A DNA stretch of 64,000 nt from Camelus ferus. Taxonomy: Eukaryota. Of this stretch, positions 51,081 through 63,669 are shown one piece after another. The notes under the pieces are model-generated. The model was not told the origin of the DNA. It ran no database searches and saw only the letters and a list, made by a program, of their open reading frames with translations. Numbering within the stretch: position 1 is the first letter of the stretch; each line of letters begins with the position of its first letter. A program made the position numbers and the translations under genes. The stretch lies in the NCBI RefSeq assembly GCF_009834535.1, contig NC_045696.1, positions 49,602,001 to 49,666,000 of the forward strand. The letters run 5' to 3'.

Positions 51081-51854
51081 CATGCATCTTCTGTGTAGGT
51101 CTCTAAATAGTAGGTCTAGGCAATATCTAAATACTCCTCCAGCTCTACGTCTTGCACATGCTTCTACATCAGAAGAAAGACTAGCCTGCTATACCCAGTG
51201 CACCAGGGATAACCAGTGGTTGTGTAAAGACAGACGCTGAGCAGTGCCCCCCAGGCTCAAGTCAGAGACTGAATCACAACAGCCTATTTAAGATTAAGGA
51301 GACCTGTGGAGTCTCAATCAAGCAAACCACAGTCTCCACAAATCTCTCCCGATAATTACCTTCTATGGACATTTTCCACGGTACTGGCTCATCTAAGATT
51401 TCATAGTATGGTATAAATAAAACCCAAGGAGACACCCTCTCTGTGCTTTAGTAATGTGCTCAATAAAGACACATTTTGTTTGAGGGAATGGTCCGATGAC
51501 ACCTTTGTGATATTATTAGCAGAATGTGCTGATTCAAATGATGAATGGGAAGTGGCTCGTCTAAGTGTCTGAAGTTGGCCTTTGCAGAGATAATTGCATG
51601 ACTTGCCTCCTGGAGCCTGTAAACTACTGGGGCAGGATTCTCACGTACTATTTTAAATAGCACTAAGCTCTCACATTCCCATGTTATGAAACTTCAGGTT
51701 TTGTTTCATTAGGAATAACCTGGCAGTACCTGATCAAGAACAGAGGGGAAAAAGCACATTACCTGGCAGAACAGAACGTTTCAACAAGGCCGTGTCACAT
51801 GTGATTGTTTCTCCCATTACTAGCTTTCATATAAGAGCATTCACAGGTATGCAG

Positions 51855-52025
51855 CAGTGGTCTCAGAATCACTTGGAGGGCTTCTTAAAGCATGCAGTGC
51901 TGACCCACAACCTAGAGTTTCTGATTCACCTGGGTCTGAGGTGATACCTAAGAATTTGTATTTCCAGCAAGTTCTCAGGTGATGTTGATACTGCTGGTGT
52001 AGAGACCAAACTCTGAGAACCACTG
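51855..52025 (+). mobile_element. MER5A-type hAT-Charlie element
   Basis: cagaatcacttggagggctt, gagtttctgattca, ctgagaaccactg end. Confidence 0.85.
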
Positions 52026-54524
52026 CCCTACAAGATGGTTAGCTGATATTTGACACATTCTTTCCCATCTCAAAGAACTTCCCAAACCAAGCCAGAGTTC
52101 CATACCCAGTCAGAGTCTCCCTAGAGAGATGCTCAGAAATAGAATAAAGAAAAGAGTGGAAGTAAACATCATTAAGAGTTTTCCTGGGACCAGAAGAAAA
52201 GATATGAATAGATCAGTGACCTTTGATGTCTGGTGTCAGTGGATCGCATCCACACTGGGTGGAACCAATGACCTCATGTGAATCAGCACAGAGAAGACAA
52301 GGACAAAACCTATCAGGGTATCACGCTTCAAGAATTGGCTGCTTCCCTCATTCCTTAGGAATATCATAGTCCTCCTGTTTTCTTGGTATTTATGTTGTCT
52401 ACCTGAGATGAGCTACTTGGCCTTTAGGAACTCCACATGTAACCTGAGAAACTCCAAGAAAGTCTTATCCTCATGGCTTTGAGTTACTCAAGATGGATAT
52501 GTTCTCTAAACAGCTCAATAACTCACCACTGTGGGTATTTATCGTGTTCTCTATAGCAGGCTATGCTAACAGAATTTCTTTAGAGTGCAGATATTTTAAA
52601 ATCAAATGATCCTTATATGTTGAAGATTCTTCTTTCTCTTTGGATACTTTTCTGCACTTGAGTTTCAAAGGCTGCAAGTAAGGGCTTTCCACACTGAGTC
52701 ATCCACAGACTCTTCTCCTGACTTTTGATGGTGTGTGACCGTGGCTGAGTACATGCCACTGAATAAAGCACTTCCAAGCTGGAACCACAGTGCTCAATTT
52801 GCTTCCATCCATTTCCAAAGACATGGCTGGTGGCCCGAGCTTCTGAACTTTCCATTTCCCTTCTGGCCCACCTCGTCTCCAAGAAGATATAGGCCCCCAG
52901 GGGAGAAAGGAAAGTCATTCCGCAGACACAGCCCAGAAGAAAGTACCATCCCAGGGCAGAGCCACTGGCAGCCCACCCAGGCTATTCTGGGGTGGATCCA
53001 GCCCTACTGCATATTTCTCTAAGATAAAACATCAAGTTGAAGATACATGAAATACTTCTTTTTCTACAATTTTAAAATAAATGTAGACTTTGTAGGCTCC
53101 CAAAATAAACCTTTGAGAATAAAACAGTAAATTTTTCAGTAAGTATACTAGAAATAGATGGTTAGGAATCCTCTAATCTGGCGAAGACTGGAATGGAAGC
53201 AAGAACAGAAAATGAGCCAAAACTCCTGGTCACTAATAGGCTCCTCACTTAAACCAATATGATCACTTCATGCATTTTGATCTGAGCAGGACCACTGATC
53301 CCCCGGAAGAGAGTGGATTAGATATTTTAACTTTAAATGTGGTTAAAGAATAAGAGAAAGAAACTCAGGCAGAGAAATTGCCAGGCGTAGAGAATCATTA
53401 TGCCTTTTCTGTTTTAATATCATTCCAAAGTAATGCTTTGAAAAGGCGTTATTTTGTGTCCTATGAGTGCCATGGGGTTAGATCTGTGTGGTTTGCCTCC
53501 TCTGACAGAAAACTAAAAGACTGACATTGTGATAGACTTGGTCCAGATCGGAAGTCGACCTGGAATTTGTGGACATCAGTCCTGCTATTTAATGTCAAGG
53601 CCTTCATCCTCTAAAGGTTAAAAAAAAAAAAAAAAAGTCCAGGAAGAGAAAAGATATGTAAACATTATTTTAAATGACATTAATGCGACACTCTCTAAGT
53701 GAAAAGGCCCCTCTAAGACACTTAACTGTTTCTTCTCTTGTTTCCTTCTGCAATCTATCTACCTATTATTCTTTCTCTCTGAAAAAAAGACTGAGGTAAG
53801 GTGGTAAAATGGAATGAATAAACATATCCCATAGGGATGCTTTAAAGATTAAAAGGATAACTTATGGGAAAGCATTCAGCAGACACATAGTAGATGCTCA
53901 GTAAAAAAAAAAAAAAAAAAAAAAAATCTTCTTCCCTTGTTGGCAGAGGGAAAGCATTGCAAGATTGTGGGCAGAAAAGTGTCGTTATGAGAGCTACGTT
54001 AGGTTCTTCCCCTCGCTGGAGTCAAATTGTTGAGAAAGGAACACCAAAATTTACACATCGAATCCTTCTTTGACTCTTTTGCAAACTGAGCTTTATTCTT
54101 CCCAGTCATTGCTGCAGGTTTTAGAACAAAGCCTTGAACAAAGCAATGCTCCTCGCAACCAAAGAGGGTTCTGCTAAACAACAAATTATGCCTGTAGTTC
54201 AAGGTTCTATGAGATTCCTGGCATCAGATTAGGAGTTCCTTTGAAGAAAAGATTGTTGTCTTCAGTAGAACTCCTGATTAGTTCTCTTTCTTAGAAGCTG
54301 TAATAATATACTTTCTATGGGAATTAGGTAGTCATCTGGTCAACCAACAATTAAGGACACACCATTCATATTTGGTTACACATTTAGCATATATTTTCCT
54401 GTCTGGATGATTTTAAAGGCTATTAAGAACAAAACAGTTTTGCTCTAAGTGCAGTATAAGTATGTTCTCTATTTAAAAAAGAGAAAGAAATTCTCTGCCA
54501 TATCCACATAGGAAGCCATGAACT

Positions 54525-54872
54525 ATAGTGAATGAGAGTAAGCTTTGGGTTCAGATGGTCCTGAGCTCAAATTTCTTTACTAGGGTTGTGGACTTGGGAA
54601 AGTTATTTAACCTTTCGGAGATGCAGTTTTCTCATGTGTAAAATGGTAGTGATAGTAGCTTACCTTGTAAGTAATTCTTGTTAAGAATTGCATGAGAGAG
54701 GGGAGGGTAATACTTAGTGGTAGACTGCGTGCTTAGCATGCACAAGGTTTTGTGTTATATCCCCAGGACCTCCAAAAGAAAAAAAAAAAAAAAAAGAATT
54801 ACATGAGACAATGTGTATTATATACTTATAATGCATACAGTGTCTGCCTCACATAGGGAATGCATCAATAAA
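54525..54872 (+). mobile_element. MIR SINE, interrupted by a vic-1-like SINE
   Basis: ttgggaaagttatttaacct...cagttttctcatgtgtaaaatgg; resumes after the TSD with cagtgtctgcctcacatag. Confidence 0.75.
54700..54793 (+). mobile_element. tRNA-derived SINE (vic-1-like), short form, nested in a MIR
   Basis: tagtggtagactgcgtgcttagcatgcacaagg core and poly(A). TSD aagaattgcatgaga (54683-54697) / aagaattacatgaga (54794-54808). Confidence 0.88.
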
Positions 54873-55939
54873 CAGTGTTTAGTATGGTAGTGATGACCGC
54901 TAGTTGTGCCAAAGTTGGCCAAGCTACTGTCCCTGGGGCCATGTGCCTTGAGCATTTTTGTTTGACCCTTACTTTTGCCACCTGAACAATGCAAGACTGA
55001 GTCCCTGAAAGATCTCGGAAACATGACCTCTTTGATGATCACCATTTCCATATGGTGAAGTCCATGATCTGGCCAGAGTTTATTGGCCAAAGCCACGTCA
55101 GAACTTTGGAATGCAGTTCCATCACTGGGATAGCTGCTGTAGTGTCCCCATGAGCTTGAGGTGCTTAGTGGGGTGGGGTGAGGAGGCTGGCTGGAGGCTT
55201 CAAACCACTCTGGATCTTACCATCACCTCAGAGGTCTTTCAGCTCAGTCAGCTACCAGGAGGTAGAAGTTTAGCTTCCTAATGTTTGTTCCTGCTTAGAA
55301 ATAGGCTGGACCCTCAGTTTTCCTAATTCTGAAGGCCTTGCAGCACAGCCCTGAATATTCAGCTTCCCCTGTCAGGAATAGACACAACTGTCCATTTGGA
55401 GACTGGCCAGCGAGAGGCTCCTGCTGCAGAGCATGACGGCTCGGTCTGCTGCCCTTTGACTCCAGGCAGGCTCCAGCTGCCTCCTTCCTGACCACGAAAG
55501 CAAACTGACTCCAGCTCCTCAGGTAAATATCTCTTCTCTGATAAGGAACCAAGCCCCAAAGTCCTTGAAAAGTTAAGTTTTTCCCTTCCAGAAGTTTCTA
55601 ATCCGCATAATCAGTAGCCTCTTCACACTCTCTTCACAGCACTTACGGCATTAGGACACTCTCAGTGGGTCGCTGAGTGATTGCAGTTAAGGAGCCAGAC
55701 CATGACAGTGAACTCACTCATGTCCGTGGCCACCTAAGCAGTGGTGTGTTGACCAAGAGAGATAACCTTTCAGGGATGCAGAAGAAACTTTTGTTTAGTG
55801 AGGTGAGCAAAGTGTAAGGAAAGCTGCCTGTCCGGGGCACACTGGATAAAATGACATATAACAGAGCATCAATAACAGAACAGCTTCTAGCACAAACAGC
55901 ACTCTGCTGTGGCAGGATTTGTTTTTCATTTGGTTTGCT

Positions 55940-57290
55940 TCTCTTTTTCACTTGTAAATAAATAAGGACATAAATGATTTTGTAGGGAAGCATAATAATA
56001 TGGAGAAGCAAACTAAAAAATTAAATGTTTCCTAGGAAGCCACTTACATCTACTATGAATTTTGTAAAATGCATCCTCCTGGTCTCTTTATATATACAGT
56101 TAATCTCAACTGACTGCTTAATAACCCATTTTATGAAGGTACCACAATCATTTCTCCAAGCCTGAACTGTCAATATTTGGGTAGTTTCCAGGTTTTCAGT
56201 ATTATAGGAGTACTTTGATGAATGACCTAGCAGATAAATATTTGTTCTTAGCCAGTATCCTTTCCCAACAATAAGTTCCTAGATATTGCATTTGCTGAGT
56301 GAAAGGCTGTGCACAGGATTTTGTTCCCATGAATAAGGCTGCTGTGAACGCCTCTGGACAGATGCAACGTTTGTCTCCGGGGAGTGGACTTTCCAGGTCT
56401 CGCACAAAGAGCCATGTCTCTGGTTTCCCAAGTCAGTCCCAATTAATTCCTGCTGACCCAGGAATTAGCTGTCACTGCCTCTTTTTACTCTCACAGGTGT
56501 CTTGGTTTAGGCAATGTACATAGATAGTCACCCTAGGCATGGGGTAGATGAGTGCTCTCCTTTAAGAGAGAATGAAAACTGTTTCTGAAATTGTTGCATC
56601 AACTCGAACTACCCCAATAATGTGTAAGTGATACTGTGGATTTGCAGCCTCTCTGATGCCTATTTTTTCCCAGACCTTTTCATGTTTATCATCAAATGAT
56701 CATAAAATGCTATTTTATTAAAATCATGATTTACATTTCCTGATCTCTGTTGACGTTCAACATCGTTTATATTTTTGTTAGCCACATACGTATTTTCTCT
56801 CGTTTGAAGTGCTTGGTCAGACCTTTTGACTACTTCCTATTGGGATGTTTGGGTTAAGCCAGTAAAAACTGAACACAGCCCAGATGCCTATCAAAAGGAG
56901 AAGGCATGGATGAGGTTCACTGTATAAAATGTGACATTAGTCAGATGCCACAATGAGCTCATCAGAGTATCATGAGACACTATGGATAGCTCAACAATAT
57001 ATTAGTAAATAAAAAATAAATTCATAAAGATTAAATACACATATATATGTATGTACACAAATATACATAGAGAACAAAAATTAAATTTTAGAAATACAAA
57101 TGCTACACAGAAATCTATATAAAAGAGAAAGCATTTAGATGATGATGAATATGAGATTCAGGCTACCTCAGAGCGGAGAGACCCAGAAGGACAAAATCCA
57201 CAGGCCTTACGGTTGAACATCAGTTATCATTAATGTCTGAGCATTTGTTCTGGGTGGCGCATTCTAAGGATTTATCACAAACAAGTAAAC
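55940..57290. mobile_element. Cluster of old L1 fragments (minus to ~56850, then plus)
   Basis: tttgggtagtttccaggtttt, aataaggctgctgtgaac, ttgtttagccac-like antisense motifs; then cagcccagatgcctatcaaaaggaga on the plus strand. Confidence 0.6.
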
Positions 57291-58589
57291 AAGGAGGCAA
57301 AAGAAGACCTTGTGTAGGTCATGAGTGAAGATTGTGATTGATTCATTTCCAGTGAGGAGAGGGGAGGAGATGTACATTTTAAGGTTATTTAGAGATACCC
57401 CCGGCTCTGCCCTCAAGAAAGGTTAAACAACGCATATTCCCACCAACATGTGTTCTGAATTATTTGAGAAAGCCAAAGGGATGGGGCTGGACCCCCTGGG
57501 CCATGACGTACGGAGTGAACCGGGACCTCTGCCCTGATCCACTAATGGCGAGGCCTTTGGTCTGCCTTTCCCGTTCTCGTCTGTGCTGAAGGCCTGTCTG
57601 TTTTGGTCTCGTGTTGGAAGATGGGACGAGAAGCAGGGCCTATATAGCATTTGGCTGAGGGCTGGAACCAGATGGAATGCCTCTTTTACCATTGTTTTCC
57701 GTGGCTCCCAGATGTGAAGAGAGCCACCTGCTCTCCAGCTGTCTCCATGTTTACTCCAGCACAGTCCCTTTTCAGTAACATTTTCTCAAATTTTACTTGC
57801 CAATCCTGTTCTAAAAACTGCCTGCTGTCCACCACTAACATCATTAACATGAACAATGAATGTCTGGTTTTTGCTGAAGATGCCAGAAGTGTTAGGTATG
57901 TGAATGAGAATAGATATACTTGTATGCATTTCTTTATTTTTAATCTGATAAATAGGCCTCCACCCTCCAGTCATGAGAAGTTGCATCTCAGCAATGTGTA
58001 AGAGACCCTCTCCCTCCCAGAGATGGCAGGAGAATAGAAACGGCTGAGAAGAGATGGCACCCTGACTAGAAATTTCAGTCTGTCGGCGAAGTGCCGGCTG
58101 TCCAAGCTTGTGTCCACTGGCATGCAGCTGCCTCTGCTCTATGTGGAAAGCTGGAGTCAGGGGCCCTGCGTCAGGGCTCATCACACTGGCTTCACAGTGG
58201 CCTCCATCAAAGGTCTGTCGGTCTCCAGGCAGCCCTGTGACAGCAGAACTTGGCCCCTACCATATCTATTTGAAATAAAATACACATTGAATAAAACCAC
58301 TCACCTCCGCCATCTTCAAGTCATGAGAGATCCCAGTCCTCCCCCACCTCCCCTGCCTCCCCCAATAGTCCTCCGAAGTGCCTCAGCTGGCCTGCTGCCA
58401 CGCGGAAAGGCCTGTTCTCTGAGTGGAAATGGAAGAATGCCCTTCTGTCTTTCCAGAGTCTTCCAGCATAGCGAAGACAAAGTTTACTTTGTCATTGTGT
58501 CATTGTTCTGGTTATTCTTACCCTCAAAATGCATCAGAAATCTGCCCACTTGTCCCCAGCTCCTTTACGACAATTCAAGCCACCCTCAG

Positions 58590-59165
58590 TCGTCCGTGCA
58601 CTGTTACAGCAAATACAAACAAACCTCCCGTATTTCCTCCAGACAAATTCTCAGAGCAGCCAGGGGAAGACTTTAAAAACACAAGCCAGATGTGTTAGAG
58701 CCCTAATTAGTAAGATATAAAACAGTAAGAATAATAATGTGTTCAAATTAAAAGTCCCAATCAAGGTCTGTGAGGCCTGCGAGCCTTTCCAGCCCTGTTC
58801 CCTGCTGTTTTTCTCTCGGGGCTGGATGTGGTTCTGTTTGTTTGTTTGTTTGTCTGTTTGTAACTCCCCCTAGCTGTTCGTTACCTCAGGCTCAGTCTGT
58901 CCCTCTGTCTGAAATTTCTTCCTGTCTACCCCCTGCTCCTGCCTCATGCTGCTTCCTCAGAGGGGCCTTTCATTGATTCCATAATCTAAATGAGGGACCC
59001 TGTTTTAGTTTCTCCTTATAGCCTTCATTGTCCTTCTTAGCATTTTCATGATTCATCATCATCTATGTGTTGGTGTGATTATTTTCTTAGTAACTGCTTC
59101 CTCCCTGAGCACATAGCACCAGTGCCCAACAGATAGTGGACACTCAAGAAGGTAACAAATGAAAG
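58590..59165 (+). mobile_element. L2 LINE 3' portion
   Basis: cttcctcagaggggcctttc, cttcttagcatttt, tagcaccagtgcccaacagatagtggacactcaa...aatgaa terminus. Confidence 0.7.
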
Positions 59166-60689
59166 AGAAAGATACAGAAACTTGAATGGCTTAAGTTCGA
59201 TTTAGCTACACACACACGCGCACACACGGTACTTGTGGATTATTGAGCAGCCCCACCCTCTCCTAGCTCTCAGCTCAGAAACTGGGAAACGAGAGGCCTA
59301 ACCCAGCCATTGTCACAGCATTTCTGTTTCATGTTACTGTTTACTGCCTACTTAAAAGCAATTCAATCCATGTGCAAGGATTCCACGACAGTCATGAGAC
59401 AAAGGCAAAAATGCCTTGGTTCTATATTTGCTACAATCTGTCACTTTTAAAATCCTTCCTATATGTGACTTTTTTTGATACTTGGGAGACCTCTATACAT
59501 CTGGCAAATATGTTTACAGGCTGGAATAATAGGAAGATATTTTGGGAATAAATATGTATTTACTTCCAAGCACAGACTGAGAAAAAGTTGTCCTAGGATT
59601 TAATCAGTTTTAAGAAGAATCAGCTTCTTGGGTCGTATCCTGCAATCCTTCCCCTTTCACTGTACCTCTTCCATAATAACCCCTCTCCATTCCCACCTTG
59701 GAGTCAGTCACACAACTTTAGGACTAGAATGGACATTCGAGACCCCCTGAGCTTTACATATGACCAAGGCTCAGTGAGATGAAGAGATGTGCCAAAGGCC
59801 ACCCAACTCTGATCAGACAACTGTCAAGGACTAGAAAACAAGGTGACAGGGTGAGCTTTTATAAAAGCATAGTTTTGATAACTGGCTCCCAGATTTTCTA
59901 TTTAAAAAAAAAGAAGCAAGGAACATTCTAAATCTGAGAGTGTTCTAATTCTTCAAAGGATTTTTTTTTAAAAAGTTAATTGTTCCTATCAAGCTAAAGA
60001 AACCAAGATACTAAGACCTCAAAATATTTTAAAATCAAATCATTCCATGCAGAAAAATCTTCACACTCCAGGCTTGTTTACATTTACCTTTTGTATTTCT
60101 TTCTATAATCAAGTAAGATTAAGTGAAAATTATCTGGACCACAATTCTGCAATGCAGTTATTAAGTCATTTATTTAAAATGTTTCCTTCTCTTTAATCTG
60201 AACAGTTCTAGGATCTGGCATTTTGATGTTTACAATGTAAACAATCAATTGTAAAAACATTTACTGAATTCCTATTGTGCAAAAGAGAGTTTACTGGGCC
60301 CCAGGAGAGCTGGGAAAGTGAGTTAGAGTGGGGTCACCTGGAAGAACTTATACTCTGTTATGATGGAAGATGACCCATATAGCCAGAAACTCACCCCAAA
60401 ATCTACTGACAGCACAAGTGGAAAAAGGACTTGTATAGCTGTGAGTAATAGCAGCCTCTGAATTTATCTTTGGAAACAAGAAGTATTAGAAAAGAAAATT
60501 AATCTTCAATTCTTCACATTGGTGAAGCAAAAAGTTTCATCTGTTTTTTAAAAGTATACAGACTGATTGCTTGGAAATTATTTTTTTAAAGCTAAGTATT
60601 ACTCTGAAACAAAGGTCATACCAATTGGAAAATATTTCTAAAAACAGTTCAAGGACAAGGATAAACAAGTATATTTGTAGTTGTCCCTA

Positions 60690-61170
60690 AGTCATTAAGT
60701 TGGTAACTGAATTAATTTTTCCTTCATATCAAATCATAGAGACTTAAAGCAGTCTCGCTGTTGGGAATTTATTCTGGATGTATTCCTATGTGAAGATACC
60801 CACTGTGCTTTTATGAAATTTCTCAAAATTGAAAACAACATAAATGTTCATCAGAAAGGGTTGATTTAATCAACCGTGTTCAACCTATGAAGCAGAATAC
60901 CATACCCTCCTGATAAAGAACAAGGGGGGTCTACAAGTACCAATATGGGAGAAGGAGTAAGAAATATTATTAAATGAATTGGCAAAGAAAAAAATATGAT
61001 AGAATCCTATTTGACAAAAATAAGATTGTATAATATACAATTCAAAAAGCACTTCTGGGTATCTTTGGGAAATGAGAGAATGGCTAGGGGTGAAGAGAAC
61101 TTTTCTTTTTAATTTTATACCCTTATGTACCTTTTGATTATCTTTTAATCATGAATAGGTATTACTTTTT
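60690..61170 (+). mobile_element. Old L1 (L1ME-like) 3' fragment
   Basis: tgggaatttattct, aaattgaaaacaacataaatgttcatca, ttaatcatgaataggtattactttt. Confidence 0.6.
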
Positions 61171-61883
61171 GTTTATTAGATTCTTATACTATTATACATG
61201 TATCAATTTAAAGCTATAGTGCTTTTAAATGGAAGTTACTTGGAAAAATGTCCTAACTTCTTTTCTCTCAGGGACTGTTGTGGGCTATGCACTTGCCTTA
61301 GCTTGCCCCATCTCTAATGATAGTGTGTATGGGCAGATCTGAATTTTCATTGCTGTTACTAAATTCTTTAATCCTGCTTATTTTAAGAAGCTCTATCTAG
61401 TTTCTTAACAGAAACCTGTTAAAATAGTAAATTTTAAGGTTCCTGCTAAATTTAAGTTTAATATTAAAAATTGTATGAGACCCTTGGTCTTTTAACTAAC
61501 CATTCATTTAACCGTCCTTTATGAACATAGCATTACTTGTGTAGCATTTTTTATGTTACAAGTTACAAGTTGATTGAGACAAAGTATCTGATTTTAAGGG
61601 ACATGAAATGCAGTGGGAGAGTTAGAAACTGGTTTTACTCTATACAACCTGTTCCCCAAAAAAGCTTTTATCACACAAAAGGGTGTGAGGTACAGAAGAA
61701 AAGTTACAAAATTACACTGGATCAAGGAAGATTTCCAGGAAAACATAACAATTACCATGAATCTCAAAAAAAAAAAAAAAAAAAAAAAGTTGGTACAATG
61801 CCACTACCTTCATTAGAATACTTTATATGATCCAGAATTAGAGAATTTTAGACATAGAAGTGACCTTAAAAGAATATGAAGTC

Positions 61884-62090
61884 TATAAACAAGGTGCTAC
61901 TGTATAGCACAGGGAACCATATTCAATATCTTGCAATAGCCTATAATGAAAAAAAATATGAAAAGGAATGTCTATATATGTGTAACTGAGTCACTATGCC
62001 GTGCACCAGAAATTAACACATTGTAAACCAACTGTACTTCAAAAACATAAAATAAAATAAAATACATTGATCGAAATGTTAAAAAAAAAA
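61884..62090 (+). mobile_element. Young 5'-truncated L1 3' end
   Basis: aacaaggtgctactgtatagcacagggaaccatattcaatatcttg...cattgtaaaccaactgtacttc plus A tail. TSD aaaagaatatgaagtc (61868-61883) / aaaagaatatgaaatc (62091-62106). Confidence 0.9.
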
Positions 62091-62236
62091 AAAAGAATAT
62101 GAAATCAAATCTTCCTATTTAAAAAAATATATTTTAATATTACTTTTTAAAACATAACTTTTTAAAACCACAAGGGCTGGTGGTTCAGATTAAGTAGTCA
62201 GTACAGAGTAGACATTTAACAAATGTTCCTTTCTTC

Positions 62237-62391
62237 CAAGACCAGGTGCACAATTTATAGGGCATTTTGTTCAAAAATGATGAAGAATTTCGAGCTAGCT
62301 ACAACAAAGCATTCAACCAAACCTGCGCCTTTCAGAGCATGGGGCCCGTGCGACTATCACACAGTTCTCAGGCTCATGATGCAGGGTCCCT
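62237..62391 (-). mobile_element. MER45A-type hAT-Tip100 element
   Basis: ttgttcaaaaatgatgaagaatttc...agcattcaaccaa...ggggcccgtgcgact matches the reverse complement of MER45A. Confidence 0.8.
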
Positions 62392-63097
62392 CCCTCCTTT
62401 TACCTAAGTTCCTAGAAGACCCTAGAGGCAGAATCCAAACAAGAACCCAGATCTCCTCAGACCCTGCTTCATGCCTTGTGCTATTCAGATTTAGAACAAA
62501 ACCCAACTAAAGTGGTAATTTATGTAATGCTTTTTAAAATTTTCCTGCACACAACTGCACAGTCATTTTAAGAAATGTACAAAATCACATTATGTCAGTT
62601 GCTCAAGTAGTTAAATAATCCAGGCCTTTAGGCAATGCAGTGGGTCATGGATTCTGCCTTTCACATTTTCATTTTTTGCATATTATAAAAAACAATTGAA
62701 TTTATAGTGCTATTTTTTTAAAAATGATTACAATAAGAAAGCTCATACTGTATTTGATTACAATACAAAAGCCCTACAGATGGCAGAAAAGCATGCTTCT
62801 AACGAGGTGCTGGTACACTCAGCTCTTACCTGTGTAGAGAAACAATGGTCAAAATTTAAAAACTCATAAATAATCCATTAACCTAAATTTGTTTTTTTAA
62901 CTGAGGGGATAAGACAGTATAATATTTATTTGTCTATATAAATGAATAAATGTATGCCTTTATTTGTTCATGGAATAAATGTGAGTCAATACATGCCAAG
63001 AGCTTAGGACAAGGCTGGTTCTCCATAGGTGTTCCGTGACAAGTCGTGCTGTTGGAAAAGTGGGTGATGATGGAAAAGTGAATGACTAAATAAAGAA

Positions 63098-63495
63098 CCA
63101 CAATGGAATGTTATTCTGCTATAAAAAGGAACAAAATACTGATACATGTTACAACATGGATGAAACTGGAAAACATGCTGAGTAAGAGAAGCCAGACACA
63201 AAAGGCCACATATTGTGTGATTCCATTTATATAAAAAGTTCAGAATAGGCAAGTCCTTAGAGGCATAAAGTGGATTAGTGGTTGCCAGGGGCAGGGAAGA
63301 GGGAGGAGTGGAGAGTATGGATTCTCATGGGTATGGATGTTTGGGGTTTCTTCATGTGATCAAGGTGTCCTGGAATTAGAAAGTGTTGATGATTGTGCAA
63401 CCCTGTGTGTGTACTAAAAACTATTGAATGGTACTGTTTAAAAAGGGTGGGATTCTATAGTATGTAAATTATACCTCAATTTTTTAAGTTTTTAA
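63098..63495 (+). mobile_element. L1MB-type 3' end
   Basis: caacatggatgaaact, agaagccagacacaaaaggccacatattgtgtgattccatttata, gattagtggttgccagggg, taaattatacctcaat. Confidence 0.88.
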
Positions 63496-63669
63496 AATAA
63501 CTAAACCAAGATGGAGACTAACTTACTAAAGATCAAATATTTAGTAAGTGGAATTCTGAGTCAAACACCAGGACTTCCGGCTCCTACCTAGGGCTTTCCC
63601 AGTCTATCAGGCTGCTGCCCAGAAATTTGCAGAGCACCACCAGCCCTCTCTAAGGTGCCATGGACCTAG

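Noticed and set aside
51298..51337. Imperfect inverted repeat ggagacctgtgg / ccacagtctcc
   Set aside because: The stem is short and bulged, too weak for a pre-miRNA or MITE call.
12820..58070. Several CTCF-like motifs (~12826, 29294, 34826, 51241, 58015)
   Set aside because: Only partial matches by eye. They need PWM scoring and ChIP data.
58110..58676. Longest ORF in the track (188 aa)
   Set aside because: Non-ATG start, no recognisable domain, and it runs into L2-derived sequence.
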